Virus record (IMG/VR): IMGVR_UViG_3300032332_000267
Coordinates: 1 to 32,978 of that record
Reading direction: 5' to 3' (one strand)
DNA from: a virus
Lineage: Duplodnaviria; Caudoviricetes
Length of the DNA: 32,978 bases
Position 1 is the first letter of the stretch. Each line of letters begins with the position of its first letter. The notes under the pieces are model-generated. The model was not told the DNA's origin, did not search any database, and saw only the letters and a list, made by a program, of their open reading frames with translations. Positions 15,599-24,744 of this stretch are shown one piece after another. Both the position numbers and the translations under genes were made by a program.

Positions 15599-17028
15599 TG
15601 TCTGATTCCTAGTGGGTCACCTTGTGAACCAATGTTTCGCGCACCTGGCCCCGCTTGGATACCCATAGCTTTAATGGCCAGATTTCTAGCTGCTTGTTTT
15701 TGTGCAATGGCTTGGTCAGTATCGCCAATTTGTGGGAAATACTTTTTCTCCTCATTAGCAAATTCAGACGGGCTAATAGAAGCGCCAGACTCCTTGCGTA
15801 AAACTGCCGTAATAAAGTTTCTACGTGCTTGATCGGTTAACTGTTGTTCATTGCTTGGGCCACCTAAAACGCTAGGCAAAGGATTCATGGTTGCATTAAC
15901 AGCAGACTCTAGCTTTTCTCCAACAAATGGAGTTAAGCCAACAGCACCGCCAACAGCAGAACGAATAGCGCCAGTATTAGTAACGCCTTTCTTTTCCAAG
16001 TCTGTCAGTATCTTGTTGGCTTCGGCCATTCTCATGCCATAAGCAGTTGCATTACCTTGAGATTCAGTCAAAGGTTTAGGCACGATTTGTTCTATTGCCG
16101 CTGCTTTGGCAACTTCTTGTTGGGCTTTTGGAGACAAACCTGCCAATGGTGTGTAACCTGTTTGGGCTGCCATCGGCTGTCCTGCCATCGGTGGCATTGT
16201 TGGCTGTGCCGTTGGTTGTGCGCCCGTAGGTTGACCAACATTAGGGACGCCGCCTGCTTTAATACCAGTATTGAAGTAAAGCTCTGCACCGCTGATGCCC
16301 AATCTTGTAGCTTCATTGTTAAGCGTGGCTTTTTGGTTTGCAGACAAGTTATTAAAGGCACGATCTGACAATTCACGCTCTTGTTTGAGTCGTTCACTTT
16401 GCAGCAATTTTTCTTGAGCCAATCGTGCCGCAGTATCAGCGCCAATAGCTTCTTCGGCTGGCCCCAAATCAATCTTGCGACCTGTTTCCGTAAGGCCCAC
16501 TCGATGCGTGACACCGTTGACCAATTCCATCTTAAAGTCTTTGATCTTGTCTTGAGCAAACATTTGAGACAACATTGCCCCGCCTGCGCCTTGCAAAGCA
16601 GGATTCTGCGACCCAAGTGCCAATGCCATAGCTTTGATTCGGTCTGGGGCTTGTCCTGGTTGAATGTAGCCGCCCGCTTCGCCTTCTGGCGTCATTGGTT
16701 GTGGCGCACCTTGTGGTGCTGGCCCTGCAAATTCCTTTTGTGGTGTTCCCTGAATCGCACCCAAGAAATTTTGCAAATCGGCTTGGTTTTGGCCTTGGTA
16801 CTTTTCAGCCAAGTTTTTGTATTCTTGCAATGCGCTTTTTTCCTCTTGACCAGCCATGTAGCCTTGGAGGATTTTGGCAAGACCGCCGTAATGACTAGCT
16901 CTAACGCCTGCTTGTTGTGGCAATTCCATAGGCTGCATGGCCTGTTGACTCAACAATTGGGCCATTTGCAACCTGCGCTGAATAGCCGCAGTTTCTGGAG
17001 CGTATGGGCTTAAATTAATATCAGGCAT
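15595..17028 (-). CDS. Internal virion / DNA ejection protein (middle)
   Basis: Gln/Ala/Gly-rich, with C-terminal NFITAVLRKESGASI...YFPQIGD; position in the ejection cluster. Confidence 0.7.
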   Translation of the reverse strand: MPDINLSPYAPETAAIQRRLQMAQLLSQQAMQPMELPQQAGVRASHYGGLAKILQGYMAGQEEKSALQEYKNLAEKYQGQNQADLQNFLGAIQGTPQKEFAGPAPQGAPQPMTPEGEAGGYIQPGQAPDRIKAMALALGSQNPALQGAGGAMLSQMFAQDKIKDFKMELVNGVTHRVGLTETGRKIDLGPAEEAIGADTAARLAQEKLLQSERLKQERELSDRAFNNLSANQKATLNNEATRLGISGAELYFNTGIKAGGVPNVGQPTGAQPTAQPTMPPMAGQPMAAQTGYTPLAGLSPKAQQEVAKAAAIEQIVPKPLTESQGNATAYGMRMAEANKILTDLEKKGVTNTGAIRSAVGGAVGLTPFVGEKLESAVNATMNPLPSVLGGPSNEQQLTDQARRNFITAVLRKESGASISPSEFANEEKKYFPQIGDTDQAIAQKQAARNLAIKAMGIQAGPGARNIGSQGDPLGIRQ

Positions 17029-17030
17029 CT

Positions 17031-18308
17031 TTAGTCCTTATAGTTTTTGCCATAGCCATAAGCAGCAGAGCCACCCAAACCATACAAACCAGCAATGTTT
17101 TGGTTATAAGACCCAACATCTTGGTTATACAAGTTTTGAGCAAATGCGCCTTGTTGAGCCGTAGCGTTAGCAATCGGCGCAGCTTGTACGTTAGCGCCCG
17201 TGTATTGCTGGAACTGAGGGTTCTGAATCTGTGAACCACTCATTAACGCATTGATCTCATTTAGAGGCAATTGACGCTGTTGAATAGCTTGAGCCAAAGC
17301 CTGCTGTTGAGCAGTATTTGCAAACTGAGCCGCTTGCTGATTCTGGTTAAATTGTTGTGCAGTAACTGCGTTTTGACCTTGGGCGCTTGACATTCCTTGG
17401 CCATAATTTTGACCAATTGCTTGATTTGCCATTTGTTGAGCAGTAACTCCTTGACCAAAGTTTTGAGCAATAGCTTGGTTTCCTGCCTGCTGGTTGGCCA
17501 AATTAGCATTGAATCCAGCCAAGTTAGCAGCATTGCCAAATTGACCAGTAGATAGTGCTTGGCCATAACCCTGAGCATTGGCGCTCATATCTAAACCCAG
17601 ACCTTGCAAAACAGCTTGGGTGCGTTGGTCGTTTTCTTGTTGTCCCAACAGTTGAGCAGCGTTGTTGTAGGCTTCAGAACCTGGACGCAATCCTTGATTG
17701 ATCAATTGAGTTTCTGTGCTAACACGATTCTTTTGCAGTTGAGGCTCCAATCGAGCCATGATTGCTTGCTGTGCCGTTGTGCCAGCGTTTATTGGCATTT
17801 TGGCCACGTTGCTAGTGTCAAGCGTATTGGTTAAATTTGGCCCTGCAACACCGCCTTGGGCTTGGCCATAAGCATTAGGGTTTACGCTACCTGCTTGTCC
17901 ATATTGGTCGCCAGTAGGCATATTCTGCAAAGCGCCAACAGGAGCTAAAGAAGTTTGAACCGCTGGCCCACCAAAAGAAAAAGGCGTGTTAAATACTTGC
18001 GAAGCGTTAGCCACACCTTGGTTGCCCAAAGCAGCCAAGCCATATTGACCTTGTTGTTGTTCGTTTAAAGTCTTTTGCGCTTCAGGCGTCAGCGTCTGGG
18101 TTATGGTTGGAACGTCACCTTCGTAGGTGACTGTCTGATTTCCGTAGGGTGAGTAAATATTAGGATTAGAGAGCTTTGCAGTAGCCCGAGCCGCCTCTAA
18201 GTTAGCCGTACCTTGAGCAACAGCCGCACCTGTATAGTCTGGAGCCGCAGGCGCCGCAGGCGGTGAGCCAAATAAAAGATCAGTAACTCCACCAAATAAT
18301 CCAGCCAT
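17031..18308 (-). CDS. Internal virion / DNA transfer protein
   Basis: PAAPAAPDY N-terminus, NPNIYSPYG, Gln/Gly/Asn-rich body; directly after the nozzle gene. Confidence 0.7.
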   Translation of the reverse strand: MAGLFGGVTDLLFGSPPAAPAAPDYTGAAVAQGTANLEAARATAKLSNPNIYSPYGNQTVTYEGDVPTITQTLTPEAQKTLNEQQQGQYGLAALGNQGVANASQVFNTPFSFGGPAVQTSLAPVGALQNMPTGDQYGQAGSVNPNAYGQAQGGVAGPNLTNTLDTSNVAKMPINAGTTAQQAIMARLEPQLQKNRVSTETQLINQGLRPGSEAYNNAAQLLGQQENDQRTQAVLQGLGLDMSANAQGYGQALSTGQFGNAANLAGFNANLANQQAGNQAIAQNFGQGVTAQQMANQAIGQNYGQGMSSAQGQNAVTAQQFNQNQQAAQFANTAQQQALAQAIQQRQLPLNEINALMSGSQIQNPQFQQYTGANVQAAPIANATAQQGAFAQNLYNQDVGSYNQNIAGLYGLGGSAAYGYGKNYKD

Positions 18309-18317
18309 AAATCTCTC

Positions 18318-19874
18318 CTAAAGTGTGCCGCCAGAAGCGAAAACTAGATCACTTGCGACCCATTGCAATTGTATTCCTTGGCTTGCACTTTTAATCAGCG
18401 GTGCAAACGAATAACCAATTTCTGTGACCCCTTGCCATTGCGCGTTGGGCACTAACCCATCGCCCCAAATGCCCGTGTTCCAAAGTGAAGTGTCCCAGAT
18501 GGCGTAAGTTTCTAATGTGAAATCAAGGGGAACGCTTTGATCTAGCGTGTTGTAGTCCACATTGACGTTGCCATAAATTTCTGGCGTTCCACTTGTAAAC
18601 AGGTGGTAGCGAATCATCTCGCATTGTTTTTGGTTGGCTTTGCCGTAAGTCTGAAACGATTGAAGACCAAACGATTGAATCGCTGCGCCTGCATCAGAGT
18701 TTGTATTCCAAGCCTGGCCAACAAATCCGTCACCACCAAAGAATGGATTGTCTTGGTAGAGAACCCAACAGTTAGCTTGCCAACCCGTAAAGTTGCACCA
18801 GCTCTTAGTGATGTTGTTCATCACGTATTGCTGTTGATTCAGGTTTTCTTGTGTTGGGACGTTAAGGATTAGCTGATTTTCTTTCGGGAAATACAGCAAA
18901 CACCATCCAAAGTTTCCAGAATAACTAGAAATTGCCGCGCTCATGGCGTATTGGATTTTGTTTGTAATTGACACCCGTGGGTCTAATCGGCTGCTTTGAA
19001 GCGCACCAGACATGGGAACAACCCCATCCTGCGTGATGATCAAAAGGTCACCACCAAACTTAACCCAACATCTTGCCCCAATAGGCGCTCCGACTGTGTA
19101 AACGCCAATTAAAGAGATTCCTGATGGGGTTGTGGGGTCAGTTAGCCTCCAAACCAATAACTCGCCCTTGGACGTTATAAACGCCAAGTAGTCATCCATG
19201 CCGTAACCAGCATCCAAAGTCCAAGTCATGCCGGCAACCAGATAGCCGCCCATCTGGACAAGGGAAGACATATCCAGAGAATTCGCCGCCCCTGCAATAG
19301 CGTTGATTGGCAGATACCAAGCTTTCAGGGTCTGGTTTTGAATCAGCCAAATACGATTTTTAAACAGGTTAATGTTTGAACAAGCCGCCGTGTCAACGCC
19401 CGTAATGTCGTAACCAGCGCCATCACCGTCTTTGTGCCATGCCGAACCATCATAGATTCTGAGCTTGTCGGCCCCGTTTACCATCATCAGGTAAGAACCG
19501 CCCGTGTTGGTAAAGTTGACGTTTTGCCACCGAGCGTTTGTCAAGCCCGTCAAATCAGCAGCCCCAACCGCACCACCGCCCGTGATGTTGTAAACCTTAG
19601 TCCCAACGGCAGCAAACAGCTTGTCTTGCGTCCCCGAAGAATAAGCCATCACACTCTCAACTTGGCCCGTCATGCCTGTAGCGTATTGGGTGTAGCCGTT
19701 TCTCAAAATGACTGAGTTAGTTCCAGGCCACCAATTTTGCAAAGTTACCGCATCTTCAATGGCCATAGCACCAAGAGAATCCCTTGCATTCCAGCCACCA
19801 ATAGGCGCAGGCACAGTAACCACAGACGATGTTTGCGTCCGCATCTTGCCGAATTTAGAAAACTGTTTAAGCAT
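18318..19874 (-). CDS. Tail nozzle / packaged-DNA stabilization protein (P22 gp10 / T7 gp12-like)
   Basis: 518 aa, beta-rich (propeller-like), PAPIGGWNARDSL N-terminus; follows the adaptor gene. Confidence 0.75.
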   Translation of the reverse strand: MLKQFSKFGKMRTQTSSVVTVPAPIGGWNARDSLGAMAIEDAVTLQNWWPGTNSVILRNGYTQYATGMTGQVESVMAYSSGTQDKLFAAVGTKVYNITGGGAVGAADLTGLTNARWQNVNFTNTGGSYLMMVNGADKLRIYDGSAWHKDGDGAGYDITGVDTAACSNINLFKNRIWLIQNQTLKAWYLPINAIAGAANSLDMSSLVQMGGYLVAGMTWTLDAGYGMDDYLAFITSKGELLVWRLTDPTTPSGISLIGVYTVGAPIGARCWVKFGGDLLIITQDGVVPMSGALQSSRLDPRVSITNKIQYAMSAAISSYSGNFGWCLLYFPKENQLILNVPTQENLNQQQYVMNNITKSWCNFTGWQANCWVLYQDNPFFGGDGFVGQAWNTNSDAGAAIQSFGLQSFQTYGKANQKQCEMIRYHLFTSGTPEIYGNVNVDYNTLDQSVPLDFTLETYAIWDTSLWNTGIWGDGLVPNAQWQGVTEIGYSFAPLIKSASQGIQLQWVASDLVFASGGTL

Positions 19875-20791
19875 TACACGCTAGGCCAGTTGCCATCTTG
19901 AACAGACCAAGGCCCAACCAGTTGATTCATGCCAACAGGAGCCAACGACATAGCCGACACAGGAACGTCTTGGGCTTTGCAATAACTCAGCGCCCTAGTG
20001 AATTCACCTAGTTCAATCCCGTAATCTAGTTTTTTAGCTTTTAAGAAGTAAAACTTCAAGCCAGCCATCATTAGGTCATCAGGAAAAATACAGGTGTCAG
20101 AATCAAGCGTAAATTCTTTTTTTGACCCTTGATCTGAGCCAGAAGCACAGACCCACAGGTTAGAAACGTATTCAAAAGAAAAGTTGTAAACAGTTGTTAA
20201 CGCTTGAAAAATGCGGAATTTGTTGTTGTAAATCCGATAGCGTTCGCGTGGGCCAATGGAAATGATGCCGCCCTGCAAGAACTGCCAATCTTGCGAAGAC
20301 TTAGTTCCAAGGTTGCGCCAATGGTCTGTTCTATCCCAGTTTGTGTCCGAAATCATTCGGTCATAGCCAGTTGGCAAGTCGTAATCTTGCTTGGCAAACG
20401 TCATAGAGACAGATGCCGTAGAAGTCGTTACAGGCGCGTTTAGCGTCACCTGAGTAGCGGAATCAATGGTCAAAATCTCAGCGTAGGGAGTCTGGCCCGT
20501 ACCTGTAATGACGTTGCCGACCTGAAGTGACGCCGTACTAGGGATGTTTGTGATGATCTTTGAGCCAGCGGTAATGTTGCCCGTGGTGGTAACCGCAACT
20601 TGCGTCTGCCAGATGTAAGCCTGAACCAGACGTTGCCATTCAAAGTCTCTGACCAAATCCTTGCCCAAGCGTTGCGCTAGGGAAAGGAGCTGGATTGTCT
20701 GATTGTTGGTAGAACCTACCACCACCGCTGGCTGGGTTAGACCTAGTTCGCCTGATACCTGATCCACCAATTCCAGCAGCGTGTAGGACAT
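19874..20791 (-). CDS. Head-to-tail adaptor (P22 gp4 / T7 gp11-like) with an inserted beta domain
   Basis: TLLELVDQVSGELGL...W-x-x-L...YDLP-x-GYDR; gene position. Confidence 0.7.
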   Translation of the reverse strand: MSYTLLELVDQVSGELGLTQPAVVVGSTNNQTIQLLSLAQRLGKDLVRDFEWQRLVQAYIWQTQVAVTTTGNITAGSKIITNIPSTASLQVGNVITGTGQTPYAEILTIDSATQVTLNAPVTTSTASVSMTFAKQDYDLPTGYDRMISDTNWDRTDHWRNLGTKSSQDWQFLQGGIISIGPRERYRIYNNKFRIFQALTTVYNFSFEYVSNLWVCASGSDQGSKKEFTLDSDTCIFPDDLMMAGLKFYFLKAKKLDYGIELGEFTRALSYCKAQDVPVSAMSLAPVGMNQLVGPWSVQDGNWPSV

Positions 20792-21376
20792 TTATTCCAC
20801 CATTTCTTTTTTGGGTCTGCCTGCTTTTTTGGCAGATAACTCATTGACCAATGCTCTCAATTGTGCCATTTCTTCTTCTTGTTGTGCGAGCTTGGCATCT
20901 GTTTCTGCACGTATTTTATCGAACATTTGCGAGTCTTGGGCAGCAGCAATAAACGCCTTGGCCTTGTCGCGCAAATCATTAAAACCCATGATTTTGTTGC
21001 CAGCAGAGTCGGCAAGTTGGGCAAATTGGTCAATCGTGTAGATGTGCAAAGCCTTAAATTCGGCCTTTTGCGTGTCTGACAGGATAGCCCACGCATCAAT
21101 TGGCGTACCTGCGACCCGTTGTTCTTTCTTTTGCTGAAAACGTGCCCATTCCACAGGGTATTCATCAATATCAGTCTCGCGCATGGGACGATCAACCACC
21201 AAAGTGGAGTCGCCTGGCACTAACTTCTTGAGAAAAATCTTTTCTTCAAAGATTGGCCGTTTTTCAGCAATTGTTTTAAAGTTGTTTTGACGTTGAACTG
21301 TATGAAAAAACACCGCCATCTTGCCTCGGTTGTCTTCCATAAAGCTCTCATTTGTCCAGTTTGCATCATTTTGCAT
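20792..21376 (-). CDS. Hypothetical morphogenesis-region protein
   Basis: 194 aa with a C-terminal coiled coil and a KKAGRPKK tail; coupled to the adaptor gene. Confidence 0.75.
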   Translation of the reverse strand: MQNDANWTNESFMEDNRGKMAVFFHTVQRQNNFKTIAEKRPIFEEKIFLKKLVPGDSTLVVDRPMRETDIDEYPVEWARFQQKKEQRVAGTPIDAWAILSDTQKAEFKALHIYTIDQFAQLADSAGNKIMGFNDLRDKAKAFIAAAQDSQMFDKIRAETDAKLAQQEEEMAQLRALVNELSAKKAGRPKKEMVE

Positions 21377-21377
21377 A

Positions 21378-22115
21378 TTAAGCCCTTTGTTTAAGAATTT
21401 TGGCAGTTTCCTGCATTAGTCCATCACCGTGAAATATAACCTCAGCGTCTTGAGTTTCCAAGAACTTTTCCATCTCAATCGCCGCTTGAACCATTTGCTT
21501 GGTAGTCTGAAAGATTCGCTCTCCAGCTTGCACCATCATCTTTTCTTGCTCTTTTCCCAAGTGTTCCCCCGCGTGTCGTTGTTCCGTAAATGAGTTATCC
21601 ATCCCATATATGTTGAATTTCCGATAACCCAAGGCAGCACAGACATTCATTGCCCGCATTCCCACAGACGAACCGCCACCAATCAGGCTTTCCATGCCTT
21701 CAGGGTGATTTTCAGCAACCCACGCCACAGTTTCTAGATCATTCCCGTTTACAAGATGCCATATAGCCACGTTGTGCCGCTTTAAAGCCTCAAAATAACT
21801 GGGGTGACACACAGATGCCAAAAGATACTTTGTGGCCTTCTGGGGCTTTTTAAGCATCCTTGCCTTGTGTTCTCTTGGGTCACAGTCAACGTGCCAATCA
21901 GGATTGATTCCCTTGCTTACCAGAAAATCGTGCGCTCCCGAAACAGTCACTATTGGCCGTTTGATGTGTTTCCAAGTGTCTGCTAGGCTTGGCCCGTAAC
22001 AAACAATCGACACCCATCGGTCGTTAAATTTGGGTTTTTTCTTGAGTAACGGCAGGTGAATGGATTGCTCCATCTGTTCATGCCGTTGTTTATTAGTTAG
22101 GACGCCTTTAAGCAC
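21378..22115 (-). CDS. Maf/DUF115 (MptE-like, sialyltransferase-like) domain protein
   Basis: IVCYGPSL...VTVSGAHDFLVSKGINPDWHVDCDP...IGGGSSVGMRAMNVCAALGYRKFNIYGMDNS. Confidence 0.8.
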   Translation of the reverse strand: MLKGVLTNKQRHEQMEQSIHLPLLKKKPKFNDRWVSIVCYGPSLADTWKHIKRPIVTVSGAHDFLVSKGINPDWHVDCDPREHKARMLKKPQKATKYLLASVCHPSYFEALKRHNVAIWHLVNGNDLETVAWVAENHPEGMESLIGGGSSVGMRAMNVCAALGYRKFNIYGMDNSFTEQRHAGEHLGKEQEKMMVQAGERIFQTTKQMVQAAIEMEKFLETQDAEVIFHGDGLMQETAKILKQRA

Positions 22116-22699
22116 TCAACCCTCATGTCTCGAAATGGAAAGTGGTAGTTAGGCTCACAGAATTTGATCTCTGTCATGCCCACGGAAACTAGCATGTCGT
22201 GCAAAGGACGCTGAAACCAACCCCATCTGTGGCACATGGCTTCGCTTTTATATTTGGGGTCGCCATAAAGCGCCATAAGAGTCATAAAAGGCTGTAGTGG
22301 CTCTTTGGTTTGTACGCAGTTAGTCACATACGCAAAAACCTTGTCCATACAGGGAAGTTCTAAGATCATTTTGCCGCCAGGCTTTAAGACTCGTTTCCAC
22401 TCGGTAAGTACATCGGCCACTTCCCATTCGTAGAAATGCTCTAAAACGTGAATTGCAGCTACCGCATCGGCGCTGTCAGATGCTATTTCTAGCTTTCTCA
22501 GGTCACACTTTAGGTCAGAAATGTCGGAATGCAAATCAACATTTATCCAACCGTCCCATTTCTTTTTTCCGCATCCAAGGTTGTACGCTGTTTCGTAAGT
22601 GTCTTCCACTTGTCGATCAGTATTTTTGGCGAGAATTCTTCCGTCACGAATTTCTGCGCCGTGGATATGCGCTGGTTGACGTTCTGTGTCTGTGTCCAT
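22097..22699 (-). CDS. Class I SAM-dependent methyltransferase
   Basis: NLGCG...WINVD...HVLEH...EWKRVLKPGG. The start may be GTG 22609. Confidence 0.9.
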   Translation of the reverse strand: MDTDTERQPAHIHGAEIRDGRILAKNTDRQVEDTYETAYNLGCGKKKWDGWINVDLHSDISDLKCDLRKLEIASDSADAVAAIHVLEHFYEWEVADVLTEWKRVLKPGGKMILELPCMDKVFAYVTNCVQTKEPLQPFMTLMALYGDPKYKSEAMCHRWGWFQRPLHDMLVSVGMTEIKFCEPNYHFPFRDMRVECLKAS

Positions 22700-24165
22700 T
22701 CAATGCCTTCTTTGATGTTGCCAACGTAAATTTCTGGAATGCCTAAGTCTCTTTCGCTGACCACAAAGCATCCCTGACGAATCGCCTCGACTGCCCTGTT
22801 TGGGCTTTTGTACTCTGCCGTTGCAGGCATCAAGACAATATCTGCTTTCGCAAATTCTTCCAACATAGTCTCATGCGACCAAGGAATAGCGCCACCAAAG
22901 TTAGACACCACCCGCAGGTTATATCCCTCCAAATCAGGCAATATTCTCTCCAAACTGTGCTTATTTACTGCGTGTCCATACCACAACAGATTCAGCCCAT
23001 TGCAATGCGGTTTTTCTTCTGGGTATTCATAAGGGTCACCAATCACAGTCGCGTCCCGCCCATGTTCCTTGATGATTTTGGCCATGACTTCGGTGTTGCA
23101 GCTCACCGCATCAGCTAGGCGTAAGGCTTCTTTGTAATGCACCCAATCAAAGTGATCATCACAAAAATCCACAATAACCCATGCACCACGGGCTTTAGCT
23201 TTGGCCATATCCATCAATTCATTGGCTTGAGGCTTAGCAAAAATAAGCGTGTCCGCAGTCAAATCGTTAAGACTTGCCCATCCTTCGCTGACGATCTTGG
23301 CTCGATAGCGCCAGCTTGCTGAGGTTTTGTCGCCCCAATGAATAAACGAAACCCTGTCATTAGGTTGCTTCATGTTGTCAATAACAGCTTGAAGCTCCAC
23401 GGCATTCTGTTCACGTTTCTTAATGATTGCCTGAATCAAACCATGCCCAAACCCATAGAACTGTGCATCTGGCAGGTAGTCGTAATAAGTTTGAAAATGT
23501 TCAGCTTGCAAAGCCATAGACGCATTGCAATAGAAAGTCTCGCCGTTTTGCTCAATCCTGATTTCTGTTAACTGGTCACTAGGCTTTAGACCTGACCCGT
23601 TCACCCTGAGTTTGTCGCCGTCATTGCAGGAATCAAATCCAAACAAAGCAAACTGTCGATATCCAAGGACGTAAAACAAGGAAATTGCTCTTAACCCTGA
23701 AGTAGTCCCACCGCCTATCAGCATTGTGTTTTTAGGTCTGTCCTGACCTTTCATCACATACGGATGCCAGATAGTGACGTTGTGTCCTTCAAGGTTGTCA
23801 AACATGGCCTTGTGGCATTGGGATGCAATCATGTATTCCACAGCCTTGTGGGGCTTATGGAATGAAATTCGGTGTTCTTGTGGGTCTATTGCTAGGGCGT
23901 AGTCAGGAATAACGCCTTGTGAGATAAGCCAATCATGGGCGTCTTTAATTGCCACAATTTTTGACGTTTTAGCCATCTTTCTAATAACATCTATTTGTCC
24001 TGCCACGCTTGGCCCACTTGCGACCAGCATGATCATGCCATCTTTAATTGGCTCTTGTTTCAATATTTGAGGATAACCACGCGCTACCGCAGCTTCCATG
24101 TTTTGAAACAAAGTTTCGTCATCGGCAACACATCTGCCAACGATTTTTAAAGGTACAAATGTCAT
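22543..24165 (-). CDS. Two-domain protein: Maf/DUF115-like domain fused to a GT-B (GT4-like) glycosyltransferase
   Basis: N-half: LVASGPSV...AHDWLISQGVIPDYALAIDP...GGGTTSGLRAI...LGYRQFALFGFDS. C-half: ASWRYR...VDFCDD...LLWYG...ADIVLMP...KSPNRAVEAIRQG. Confidence 0.8.
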   Translation of the reverse strand: MTFVPLKIVGRCVADDETLFQNMEAAVARGYPQILKQEPIKDGMIMLVASGPSVAGQIDVIRKMAKTSKIVAIKDAHDWLISQGVIPDYALAIDPQEHRISFHKPHKAVEYMIASQCHKAMFDNLEGHNVTIWHPYVMKGQDRPKNTMLIGGGTTSGLRAISLFYVLGYRQFALFGFDSCNDGDKLRVNGSGLKPSDQLTEIRIEQNGETFYCNASMALQAEHFQTYYDYLPDAQFYGFGHGLIQAIIKKREQNAVELQAVIDNMKQPNDRVSFIHWGDKTSASWRYRAKIVSEGWASLNDLTADTLIFAKPQANELMDMAKAKARGAWVIVDFCDDHFDWVHYKEALRLADAVSCNTEVMAKIIKEHGRDATVIGDPYEYPEEKPHCNGLNLLWYGHAVNKHSLERILPDLEGYNLRVVSNFGGAIPWSHETMLEEFAKADIVLMPATAEYKSPNRAVEAIRQGCFVVSERDLGIPEIYVGNIKEGIEWTQTQNVNQRISTAQKFVTEEFSPKILIDKWKTLTKQRTTLDAEKRNGTVG

Positions 24166-24168
24166 TAG

Positions 24169-24199
24169 AAAAACCCCTCCCGCTTTTAGGAGGAGGGAT
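24169..24199 (-). terminator. Putative intrinsic terminator after the capsid and cement genes
   Basis: Minus strand reads TCCCTCCT-CCTAAAAGC-GGGAGGGG-TTTTT. Confidence 0.65.
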
Positions 24200-24205
24200 T
24201 AGGCG

Positions 24206-24739
24206 TTAGCCAGCACCAACCATCATCAGACCTGCGTTGTTAACAACACAGTAAGGAGCAGATGCAGAGGTTGCAGAAGTGTTTGCCACAATGCCTTGGA
24301 TGAAACCAGCAGACACGGTTGTGTCGTCCAATTTACCAGCCGTAGCGGTTGTGTACAAAGGCACTTTAGGTTGGCAAGCAATCAACAAGTTGACCTTAAC
24401 CACGCCGTTCAATGCAATCCAGCCGTAGTAGCTAGAAGTAATTGCGGTTTGTGCAAAGCCAACCATGTTCCAGCCCAATGCGGCAGCGTTAGTCGTTGTG
24501 ACAGGTACAGCACGCAAAACAGGAGTAGTACTCGCTGAATCGCCGTAGGTGGACATGATCACAGCGTCATAGGCTGCAATATCGGACTCAGCGCGAGCAA
24601 AAATGTACACGCCGTTATTGCTTGTGTTCACTCGTGTACCAGGGGTAACGGGAAACAAGGTCGTAGAACCAGCAGAGGTTGACGCATAGGTTGCGGTCAA
24701 GTCAATGCCGATTTTGCCATCGGTGATGTAATCAGCCAT
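24206..24739 (-). CDS. Probable capsid cement / decoration protein
   Basis: 177 aa, beta-rich and Ser/Thr/Ala-rich. Directly after the major capsid gene and before the terminator. Confidence 0.65.
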   Translation of the reverse strand: MADYITDGKIGIDLTATYASTSAGSTTLFPVTPGTRVNTSNNGVYIFARAESDIAAYDAVIMSTYGDSASTTPVLRAVPVTTTNAAALGWNMVGFAQTAITSSYYGWIALNGVVKVNLLIACQPKVPLYTTATAGKLDDTTVSAGFIQGIVANTSATSASAPYCVVNNAGLMMVGAG

Positions 24740-24744
24740 GATTA

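Noticed and set aside
16381-17013. Long plus-strand ORFs antisense to structural genes (also 25144..25701, 26241..26807, 26404..26931)
   Set aside because: Shadow ORFs of well-supported minus-strand genes, with no motifs and implausible composition.
22097-22699. DNA methyltransferase
   Set aside because: No DPPY/NPPY or PC catalytic motif. The LGCG...HVLEH...LKPGG pattern is the small-molecule/glycan type.
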